From contig OZ361258.1 of NCBI GenBank assembly GCA_977018835.1, positions 4,650,001-4,714,000 of the forward strand: a stretch of DNA of 64,000 nt. Reading direction: 5' to 3'. This DNA is from Minutocellus sp. GHC0000111 (lineage: Eukaryota). The stretch's first letter is position 1. The number at the start of each line of letters is the position of its first letter. This document shows, in pieces, positions 1 to 8,799 of this stretch. The notes beneath the pieces are model-generated. The model saw only the letters and a list, made by a program, of their open reading frames with translations. It searched no databases and was not told the DNA's origin. The translations under genes were made by a program, and so were the position numbers.

Positions 1-374
1 GGTAGACTGCCTTCTACTGTACAGCGAGCGACTTAGCACCAAACGATACGCCGAGAGCCGAGAGTTTGAGTTTGATTGCATGTGCCAGGCACTCTTCATT
101 TATTATGACAATGAAAAAAAATGACTTGTTTTTTGTTGGGAGTGTAATACGATCTGTCCATCGTCCGTCAATTGTTGGCGAGCCGAAGAACGACGATGGG
201 GGGACACAACAAGACCCGTCGTTGCATTTGCGTTGCCACATCGTAGAGTCCAGCAGAATTGTCTCCTCCAGGACCACAACATTACGGCACGAGCTAGAGC
301 AGTCAACAACGATCAGATAAGGCACTCTCACTGGTGCCATTCGGAATCAGACAATAATTTTGATACAAACAACA

Positions 375-1217
375 ATGAACGGAAAAGCCAAGTTCGCTCT
401 GGTATCGGCATTGGCATTGGCCTCTTCGACCCCGATGGTCGTCGAGGCCGACAGCCAGCACGATGGAAACCTCGTCAAGCTGGCCCAATGTCCAGACGGG
501 TACGTCAATAACGGCCTCAAATGCGTCCGAGAGCGCAAGGTGATTACCCGCGACAGAGTCGAAGGCGAATGTCCTCCCGGCATGAGCTACCGCAAACGAT
601 ACACCTTCATGTGCTACCCGGATCCCAACTCGCGCAACGTCCGTGCTCCGCCGCAGAAGCCGCACTGTCCCGACGGCTGGGACGTCCACGGCAAGGACTG
701 CCACAGCCCCTGTCCCAAGGGATATACGCCCAAGTACGGCCAATGCCTCCTCCCCTCGGACACTCTGTCGACCAAGTTCATGACCTGTCCGAGTGGATCA
801 AGACGGGTCCAATCCTTTTGCGAGGAGCAGCACATCGAATGCAAGGTTGCCGATGGCATACCGGGAACCTTCTACTTCAAGGACGGGAATCGATGCGAAC
901 GCGATCCCAGCAAGATCAATCGCGAGTACACCCTCAAGCCCAAGGGTGGGGAGTGTGCCGAGGGTCAAGTCCAGGTGCAGGGTGCGTATTGTCAGGATCC
1001 CTGTCCGGAATTCTACCGGGCCCGCAAGGGCAAGTGCGAGCTGTCGAGGTGTGTCATCCGGACCGATCGGAGGGAGGAGCAGATCATGTGCCCGGAGGGG
1101 ACCTTCCAACCCATCGTCTACGTCGTGAGGTGCTGCGTGCAACTTTACACTTCCATGTGTGTTGGTGGGGACGGGAGATTGCCGTCTGTGCGTCGTGAGC
1201 AGGAGCAGCAACATTGA
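375..1217 (+). CDS. Secreted cysteine-rich repeat protein (CPxG repeats)
   Basis: ATG 375; signal-peptide-like MNGKAKFALVSALALASSTPMVVEA; repeated CPDG/CPPG/CPKG/CPSG/CPEG units; GC3-rich codon use. The extreme C-terminus is uncertain. Confidence 0.75.
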   Translation: MNGKAKFALVSALALASSTPMVVEADSQHDGNLVKLAQCPDGYVNNGLKCVRERKVITRDRVEGECPPGMSYRKRYTFMCYPDPNSRNVRAPPQKPHCPDGWDVHGKDCHSPCPKGYTPKYGQCLLPSDTLSTKFMTCPSGSRRVQSFCEEQHIECKVADGIPGTFYFKDGNRCERDPSKINREYTLKPKGGECAEGQVQVQGAYCQDPCPEFYRARKGKCELSRCVIRTDRREEQIMCPEGTFQPIVYVVRCCVQLYTSMCVGGDGRLPSVRREQEQQH

Positions 1218-1835
1218 TCCACTGCAGGTCGCCGTGTGTACGGATTGAGAATGTATGTCACAAGTTATGGGCCCCCATTACAACGGCAACGAGGAATATG
1301 AAGGATTGATTGTTCGGGTCATGCGCTCCACACAACCAACAACAAGTCTTCCGCGAACTCCTGACATCATCCAAACGAACGAATGTTTTTTTGTACCGGT
1401 ACGATCGTACCGATGTAATTCATTTTTCTGTAACGTTTATCTAAAATTATTTGAAGAAATTTCATTTTTTTTTAGTTCACACGCATGCTTCGCTGTACTA
1501 CATGTAAGTATGTGAAAATGCACGCCATGTGCATTGCACCGTCGATCGTCGGCCTGAGCAAAACAGTTCATTTTCTACAATGCATCGATCCGAAAGTTCG
1601 ACCCTGTTCTACGGCAATTCTCAAAAATGACAAATTGACCTGTTCTCATCGTCATATGCCCACAGTGAAAGAGTGCTCATAGCACAGTTGCGCCGGTCCG
1701 AATGAAAGAGTGGTACATGTAGTCAGCCTCAAAACAGAGAGAGGTGATCAAAAGCGTGCGTGGTAATCCAACATCCCACGAAACAGAATAATATAAATAA
1801 ATTGATTGAACGAGCATCAGAGGCTTCCTGGTAAC

Positions 1836-3044
1836 ATGCCAAGTCAAATAAAGATCATCCCAACTTCAATCCAAGTGCCAGTCGATCGAGAGAAATATCG
1901 ACGATCGTCTCATAGCACAAACAAAACCGAAATACTGGTAGATGATGTGCCGGCAAAAGTCAATAGCCGCATCGACGACGATGATATATCCAGCCTCGGT
2001 GCCCCTTCTACCATAGTCTCTCGCCGTCAACCGAAAAAGAAGAAGCCATCCTCGTCGCAAAGTAACCAGCGGCAACTTCGGAAAGAGACCGATGATGACG
2101 ACATGATGCAACGGGCTCTGGAAGCAGAAATGGTCAATATCAAGTTGGCCAAGATGCTTCGAGAAAGCAAGAAAGCAGCAGAGAGTGCAGCATCACAAAT
2201 TCGAACGCTGGAGAAAAAGAATCGGGCCTTGAGAAATGACATCGAGGAAAAGGTGGAAGAGGTCATGGTATTGGAACAGCAGCTGGACCACGAGCAGGAT
2301 CGTCGAATGAGCGCCAGCGATGTTGAAGCCACTCTTCGGATGAAAATTGCTGAGTTAGAGGCGGAAAATTCGCTTCTACGTGAAAAGAATTCGGTGAGCA
2401 AAAGTGATAGAAAGAAGACTCCTCTCACTTCTGCCGCCAGCAGCGGTGGTAGTACCGGATCTACTGTCACTGAGAAGACAGTGTCTGTCCGTACTACTGA
2501 TGGTTCTGAGGAAGATCAGAGTAGCCACACCACTACCCGCCGTTCGAATTCAAAGATTGATCGCCGTATATCAGAAGATTCCCTGAATGGGAGCGCTGGT
2601 ACGTTAGGCTCGATATTTGAAGACGAAGACATATGCGAAACTGTTGACATCAACAGAGCTCTCGAAACACTGCACCAACTCGAGGTGGAAGATGATGAAG
2701 GCAGAGTTTGTGACTCCCAGCGAGCTGATTCTTCAACTACAAGGAGAGAATCTACCAACCCTAACCCAAATGACATCCTTTCTCGCAGTTTTATGAGGCA
2801 ATCAAACATAACAGGAAAGAGACCGAGCTTCAGCAGGCGTAGTAACCTGCCCATGGTTGAAATGAACCCCCGTTCCTTGGAGAAGACCAACCCACCGGCT
2901 TCTCGAAGGGTGTCCTTCTTCTCGACAAATAAAGCAAGACACATTGCTTCTACTGAACCTGCCGGCACGAGGAGGAGCAGCCTGCCGCTTGAGCTGATGC
3001 AAAATAGCGCCCCTGGCGGGTTGGATTATTTTTCATCCTCCTAA
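1836..3044 (+). CDS. Coiled-coil, Ser-rich protein of unknown function
   Basis: Long ORF with heptad-rich central region (LEKKNRALRNDIEEKVEEV...LEAENSLLREKN) and low-complexity flanks; first ATG 1836. Confidence 0.7.
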   Translation: MPSQIKIIPTSIQVPVDREKYRRSSHSTNKTEILVDDVPAKVNSRIDDDDISSLGAPSTIVSRRQPKKKKPSSSQSNQRQLRKETDDDDMMQRALEAEMVNIKLAKMLRESKKAAESAASQIRTLEKKNRALRNDIEEKVEEVMVLEQQLDHEQDRRMSASDVEATLRMKIAELEAENSLLREKNSVSKSDRKKTPLTSAASSGGSTGSTVTEKTVSVRTTDGSEEDQSSHTTTRRSNSKIDRRISEDSLNGSAGTLGSIFEDEDICETVDINRALETLHQLEVEDDEGRVCDSQRADSSTTRRESTNPNPNDILSRSFMRQSNITGKRPSFSRRSNLPMVEMNPRSLEKTNPPASRRVSFFSTNKARHIASTEPAGTRRSSLPLELMQNSAPGGLDYFSSS

Positions 3045-3156
3045 AACCTGACGGAATGCAAAAGAGATACTACAGTATTGTAAATGTGCACAACAAAATT
3101 GAAAGAGTAAAGAGCAAATGAATCGAAAAAAATTAAACTATATGAATTGCACAAAA

Positions 3157-4602
3157 TTAAGATTGCGAAGCCTTTTCTAATGCTTCGCCTCTCGCAAAAG
3201 CTTCTCGAAACTCGTAGCCGTGTGATCCTGGCACGATCGGTTCCCACTCCCTTCGATCCACTGCCGCAATGGCCGTCCAGGGACCATGAATCCTCGAGTA
3301 GTCATTAGTTGTGTGACTCATGAATGTTTCGCCATCGCGTTTGAAAGCATCGATAAACATTCGCGAACCATACCGGACCATCAAGTCATTGTCCTCCGTA
3401 CAGCCAACATTGCGGAGGATGTCAACAAACTCCGCCATGAGGTCGGGATCTGCACGGAAATATCGCACCCCGGCCCAAAAGTTTTTGCGAACGTAGTCGT
3501 AGACCCACTTGGCGTCACTGAGCCGCTGCCTATGTCGACCGTATCCAGTAGGCCAGTAGGCGATATGCGTGAGTTGGTAAGCATAGCGACTTTCGTCGTT
3601 TCGAAATCCAAGTTCTTTGTTGCCGTCGTGATAATTGTACTTCCCGCCAAAGGTCCACAGCCTCCAAACGAATCGATCCACCTCGTCGACATCCGGGAAG
3701 ACAAAGTCTGGCACGCTGTACAGATTGACCAAACCCTGCTGGTGGATGTAGTCTCTCAGTACACTCCAATGCAGTGCGTCTGGGTTCTTCAGGTCGAGAT
3801 TGGCCTCCCAACCCACATCGGATCGCACGTCCAAAAACTCATCTAAAGTTTTGCACGCATCGAACGAGCCTTGCACCAACTGCAACAGCTGAGCCCGTAC
3901 CTTCTTCAATTCTTTATCCCCGGGCAATACCTGGTGGAGGTAGTGCGCATAGGCCAGCATCTTGGTCTTCTTCCTCATGCTTTTGCATTTGAGAGGTTTC
4001 CCACTTTCCAGTTCGTACAATTTGTTCGGAGCAATGACCTTCAAAACTCGGCTTGCCTCATCACATGCCCTCCGATGAAACTCCGGTTTGTTGCTCGATG
4101 CGAAGCATTGGTCGATCAGGGCGTTCGCTCCGTTGGTACCCAGTCCCTTGACCCGAGCGTCGCCGGCACTGCCGAAGAAATCCAGTAGCTCGTCCAAACC
4201 CTTTTGGGCGGCATGATCTGCCATCGTTTGCTCCTCCTCTGTCCATGGTTGGTCGTAATCGTCTCGAAGGTCGAGGGAGGCCGGTGGTTCCCATTCCGGC
4301 GGCAGGTCCAGCACGCACGTGCCCGGTGGATTCCTCTCCTCGTGGTACGTATATCTGTCGTATGGGGGTGCATCGTCTCCTTCGTTGTTGATGATGTTTG
4401 CCGCTGAGACCGGTGCCAAATTGGTGTCCCCTGCCCCAATTCGCAGTCCCAGCTTTTGCATTCCATCGGACGAGGGACGATCAGCATTGCCCATGCCGCC
4501 GCCAAAGGGAGAGGCCATGGACAATGCTAGAAAGACCGCCACGCCGGCCAGCCAAACGACGATGGTGGGAAATACGTATGGATTGGTCGCCGTCGCCGTC
4601 AT
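3157..4602 (-). CDS. Signal-anchored lumenal/extracellular protein with conserved-looking helical domain (YQLTHIAY..TGYG / DPDLMAEF motifs)
   Basis: Intronless ORF from ATG 4602 (MTATATNPYV); hydrophobic segment IVVWLAGVAVFLALSMA; globular C-terminal domain. Confidence 0.7.
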   Translation of the reverse strand: MTATATNPYVFPTIVVWLAGVAVFLALSMASPFGGGMGNADRPSSDGMQKLGLRIGAGDTNLAPVSAANIINNEGDDAPPYDRYTYHEERNPPGTCVLDLPPEWEPPASLDLRDDYDQPWTEEEQTMADHAAQKGLDELLDFFGSAGDARVKGLGTNGANALIDQCFASSNKPEFHRRACDEASRVLKVIAPNKLYELESGKPLKCKSMRKKTKMLAYAHYLHQVLPGDKELKKVRAQLLQLVQGSFDACKTLDEFLDVRSDVGWEANLDLKNPDALHWSVLRDYIHQQGLVNLYSVPDFVFPDVDEVDRFVWRLWTFGGKYNYHDGNKELGFRNDESRYAYQLTHIAYWPTGYGRHRQRLSDAKWVYDYVRKNFWAGVRYFRADPDLMAEFVDILRNVGCTEDNDLMVRYGSRMFIDAFKRDGETFMSHTTNDYSRIHGPWTAIAAVDRREWEPIVPGSHGYEFREAFARGEALEKASQS

Positions 4603-4694
4603 TTTTTCTGCGAGGAATGATGTGGCCGCTGGTGGCTGGAGTTTGATGAGGGTCGTGGAAGAAGACGCCTTGTTGAATAGTCTCAAGTTATTAA

Positions 4695-4711
4695 GAGGGC
4701 GCTGTCCATAA
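4695..4711 (+). repeat. Left terminal inverted repeat
   Basis: Exact reverse complement of 8551-8567; extends to 21 bp with one mismatch. Confidence 0.9.
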
Positions 4712-4818
4712 TTTTCCCCGTTTTTAATCCCCCTTATTCTTATTTCTTATGACGAGCGAAGCATGACAAAAACTCGACCCCACCATGAGAATCGCCGCTC
4801 TGCCCCCTCTTCATTACG

Positions 4819-6048
4819 ATGAAGCGCAGCGCTGATAATAGTGCCGGCCCGGCCCACAACGCAGATACGCGGTTGCGGAAACTCAAGACAGATAACTCCG
4901 GTCGCCCGATTTTGCCTGTTGACAAGAAGAAAGAGAAGGCGGAGGACAAAGCGAAAGACGCCGTTACCGAGATACTGGAGGGCCTCGCCGTCACGTTGGA
5001 GAACGACCCGAACGGACAAGGACGAGAATTATGGAACAATCCCGGCGTCGGCCATGCACTTCAACATCTTGTCAAAGCAGTCGAGGCTCGCGCTGATAAG
5101 TATCATGTTCGGGATGATATTGATGTCGCTGCTGAGCGGCCCGGCCTCGTAGTTACCAACCTGTCCGTGACTGATGTGAAGTTGAGGCTGACGGTCGGCA
5201 TCGTCGATCAATTGCAAGATCCCATGTTTGACGCCGGACCTGAATTCTTCCCTATATTTCAACTTCATGGGAAACGGATCGATATTGGATCGGCTCTTGC
5301 TGCGCACGGCCGACCTTTCAACACCACATCGCTTACTTTGCTTGATGGAAGCGGAAAGCTTATCGTCGCTCGTGTTGCCCTGACAATTACCGAAAAGGCC
5401 CGAAGTCTACAACAGGGCCATGTGATCAAATTGACAAAGTTCCACCGATGGCATGTGGCTCCATATGATGACATACACTCTACTGCTGGGATTGGACTAG
5501 TTGATTTTGATATTGTTGGAATGGGCCAACTTCTGCAGGTAGATGGTGGGCCATCAGCAGCGATCAGATCGGACACGGATGCTCTTGTTGCGGCCGTTTG
5601 TGAGGAAGCCGACGATGATCCGACGGCAGCGCCGGAGGCAGACACATTCGGTAATTGGGACGAGACCAGAGAGAGGCCGCCAATACCCCCTGCTTGCTGC
5701 ACTGCCGCCAACCGAAGCTGCTCAATGTACGGCACACTCTTCTTTCAGAAATGCGTCTGCGAAGAAATGCTTGTGCCGACGGAGGAGGACCTGGAGGATA
5801 TCGCTGACAAATACTACGCAACCACCATGCCAGTCGAAGCCATGGCAAATAATTTGAAGAGGAACATGCTGTATTGGTACTATGCAACTGAGGTGTATCA
5901 TGTGAGAGGTTGGCTTGATCGGAAGCCCTTGCCAACCTGTCTAGTCTTTCGCATTAGGTTCATTTATCCAAATGATAAAGGTGAACGATATGTTGGATTC
6001 ATCCCTGGTCATCAAGATGAAGAGGAAGAAGAAGAGGAAAATGCATAA
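4819..6048 (+). CDS. Transposon accessory protein: putative OB fold plus P2X7-ballast/KolX-like C-terminal domain
   Basis: C-terminal KRNMLYWYYAT...RKPLPTCLVFRIRFIYP..GERYVGF matches the P2X7 intracellular ballast pattern and is preceded by a Cys cluster (CC..CSM..CVC); central LTLLDGSG...LQQGHVIKLTKF resembles an RPA70N-type OB fold. Confidence 0.75.
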   Translation: MKRSADNSAGPAHNADTRLRKLKTDNSGRPILPVDKKKEKAEDKAKDAVTEILEGLAVTLENDPNGQGRELWNNPGVGHALQHLVKAVEARADKYHVRDDIDVAAERPGLVVTNLSVTDVKLRLTVGIVDQLQDPMFDAGPEFFPIFQLHGKRIDIGSALAAHGRPFNTTSLTLLDGSGKLIVARVALTITEKARSLQQGHVIKLTKFHRWHVAPYDDIHSTAGIGLVDFDIVGMGQLLQVDGGPSAAIRSDTDALVAAVCEEADDDPTAAPEADTFGNWDETRERPPIPPACCTAANRSCSMYGTLFFQKCVCEEMLVPTEEDLEDIADKYYATTMPVEAMANNLKRNMLYWYYATEVYHVRGWLDRKPLPTCLVFRIRFIYPNDKGERYVGFIPGHQDEEEEEEENA

Positions 6049-6152
6049 TCATTACCTCAACACATGTAGATAACAAGAATGTGCGTAGCACGTGAGTAAC
6101 AGCACACAATAAATCCATTTTTATTTACAGTGATAAAATATTTTACACGTGT

Positions 6153-8205
6153 TTACAAGCTGCCATTTTCTCTCAGTATCGCCGGCATCCAAGAGCTAAC
6201 ATCATTTGCCGATACACCGAAGTTTGTCTTAGCTTTCTTATTATTTCTTGCAGATTTCTTGTTGCTGCCTGGGCTTCTGCGCTTCTTTCCGGCGTAAACG
6301 ACAACGTCGTCAGCATCGTCGCATTGACATTCAGCCCGAGTGTGGCCAAGCTGCTTGCATTTCTGACACTGCTGGTCAATCTTCTTCTTGCGGCCAGGCT
6401 TTGCTGGTTTCGCCTTACCAGCAGCTAGGGCCCTGTTCTTCTTGTACACATAGTCCTTGTCGTCTTTCTCGCTTCTGTTTCGCAAGGCTGCTCGAAGGCG
6501 CTTGCTGTCGCTCTTGCTCTTTTTGTACTCATCGGTGCGCTTACGCGCAAGGTCGCCCTCGAGCTTCCGGTCAATTGCATCGAATCCATCTTTTCGGGTA
6601 GGAGAATCCCTCGATCCCAACTTTCCAAGAACTCGCTCATTGAATTCCGTACCCAGTGACTTGTGGCCAGCGGCTCTACTTGTTGCATTTGGGTAGGCGT
6701 CTGAAGCAGTCAAATTCGGCCTTTTCCCCATCGTGAACTTCGTCACCATCCCGTTGAGCTGTTCGACGCCGGTGGTAGATTCCTTCTTGCAGTTGGAGTC
6801 GGCAGTATTCTTGTTGATTCTCTTGGTTATTTCAAGCGTCATCTTGCGAATCGTGTCGTCACTAATCTCCAATATGTCGCCATCGAATTGATTCCCCGAG
6901 CTCCATTCCTCATCGAGCTTGCCATCACTCCAATCAGGATGAGCAATGCTGAGGCGAATCCAATCACACGTGTTGGTGGTGCAAAAAGTGTGAATGCCAC
7001 ATTGGTGACGAACGACGGACTGGAGTTCTTTCTGAAGGAGGGCCAGATGACTTTGTTTTTCCTCCTCGGACACAGCACCATCGGGCTGATCGAGAACGCT
7101 GTGCTTGTACCGATCAGTAATCTTCGAAATGTCCTGTTTCATCCGATTGATGCGTGGTCGGGGGATGGCATTAAAATTTTCAACTCCTTTGCATACTTTT
7201 CGAAAGCCTGAGTCAATTGAATTGCTCAGATGATTAAAGTCACGGCAAAGCTCAACACCAGAAGCCAACTCATCACCTACTATGTCTTCCTGAGCGGCTG
7301 CTGCCCTAGTAATGCCTTTGCTATCGCCATCGGCAACGTGCTTCTCAACGAAAAGGGGACACGCCTGCACGCTTCCTTCATCGTCGACCAGAAGATTCCG
7401 TCCAATATTCTCGGCCAGATGCTCCTCTGCCACACCGGGGGAGTAGGAAGAGTTGCGATAGCAGAAGCCATCATGGTCGTTGGTTGCATCTATCGCATCG
7501 CCATTCAAATGTAACGCCGAATCCACGCCGAACTGGCTCGGCCGAGAGATGCAGATTGCCGCACGATCGGTGGAGATTCTGCACGAAATCATGCAGCTGC
7601 TTCATCTCAACCACAATTCTTTTGCCGTTGAGCTGCACGCCGGTGATGTTGGGACGATCGGTAGCGTTGGCGGTGGGAGTAGATGACCGACCGCCCGAAG
7701 AATTCTTGTCGGAGTGGCATTTCAGCATCGCGTTGAGATGGGGCCCATGCTTTTCATCGTCCTGGAAGCAATTTTCAGGCATGGTCGGCAGTGGTCGCTT
7801 GCCATTGCGTTGAGAGCGTGGGCTGGCGTCATCGGCTATTCTGGAGAAGCGGTAGAAGGGCTTTGCAACGTCAAGGCCTGACATTTTCTCTGGACGTCGT
7901 CGTTGGATGTTGACCTCGTGTCGTGTTGGGACGTGTTGAAGAGATGATCGAACAAGAGAGATCTCTAAGCTCGGCGATGCGCCACCGCGCATCAAGATGC
8001 GGACAAGCTCGTCAATAGTGTAGTAAGTACATCTGACGTTGTCTGGGAATGAGAGCAAGAGTGAGAGGATTGCCTCCTTGGCGTTAGCACGTGATGTTCC
8101 ATGGTTGTTTTTTTGTTTTGTGTCGGTTCTGGCGCAAGATGCGCTTTTCGATGAGAGCCTTACAAAAAGAACCCCAAATGAGGGAGACGTGCAAAAATAC
8201 CCCAA
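6153..8205 (-). pseudogene. Kolobok/Mutator-like DDE transposase, frameshifted with probable internal deletion near 7480
   Basis: Upstream ORF ends RIVVEM..LHRSCG..RRGFG..WRCDRC. Downstream ORF has HDGFCYRN..PGVAEE, VADGDSKG, ELCRDFNH, HQCGIHTFC, STTGVEQLN and a CX2CX4HX4C knuckle (CQKCKQLGHTRAEC). The 5' start is uncertain. Confidence 0.75.
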
Positions 8206-8550
8206 ACAAATATCCCCTTACCTCCCAACAGCAAAACTTCAAGATATCTTCCCACCAGCACCACCAATGCTGGTCATGCGTCGGCCGAGACTAATTTCGG
8301 TCGATCCGACGATGATGTGTGCGTCGACTGTTACATTTCTGAGGGAGAGTTGATTCATCGAAGTTCCTCTGAACCAAGTGTTCCTGGAGGGATTTCCGAC
8401 TTAATGCTGAAAGGAACGTCGATGACTCTTCGCCACTGTGGAGAGCGGCGGCCTTCGATGAGGAGCCCATTGTCACGTTGGAGTGCTAACTTTGGCGATG
8501 GTGCGAAGAAAAAACGGCACAAAACACGCTTTTTGGGGGCTTCCTAAAAG

Positions 8551-8567
8551 TTATGGACAGCGCCCTC
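8551..8567 (-). repeat. Right terminal inverted repeat
   Basis: TTATGGACAGCGCCCTC is the reverse complement of 4695-4711. Confidence 0.9.
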
Positions 8568-8799
8568 TTAGAAACAATCGATCCGGCCCTCTTCAAGCCT
8601 GTCGAGCCAATTCAAAGTAAGAAAAAACCAACGGCGATGAACAGGGATAAGTGGGAGACCCCCTATCCCCCTAAAATCCATCGAATTCCAGCAGGCAAAA
8701 CTTCAAAGCTGCAAAGCTCACAAAAACTGCTGCTTCAAATCTCTGTTGCTATTGCCATCTCTGTTATTATTACTTTTTATTAGCATTGCCCATGCAACC

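Larger units (their letters stand above)
4695..8567. mobile_element. Kolobok-like DNA transposon (TIR element with transposase plus KolX-like accessory gene), transposase defective
   Basis: Perfect 17-bp TIRs GAGGGCGCTGTCCATAA (4695-4711) and TTATGGACAGCGCCCTC (8551-8567); flanks TTAA (4691-4694) and TTAG (8568-8571); two convergent genes inside. Confidence 0.85.
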
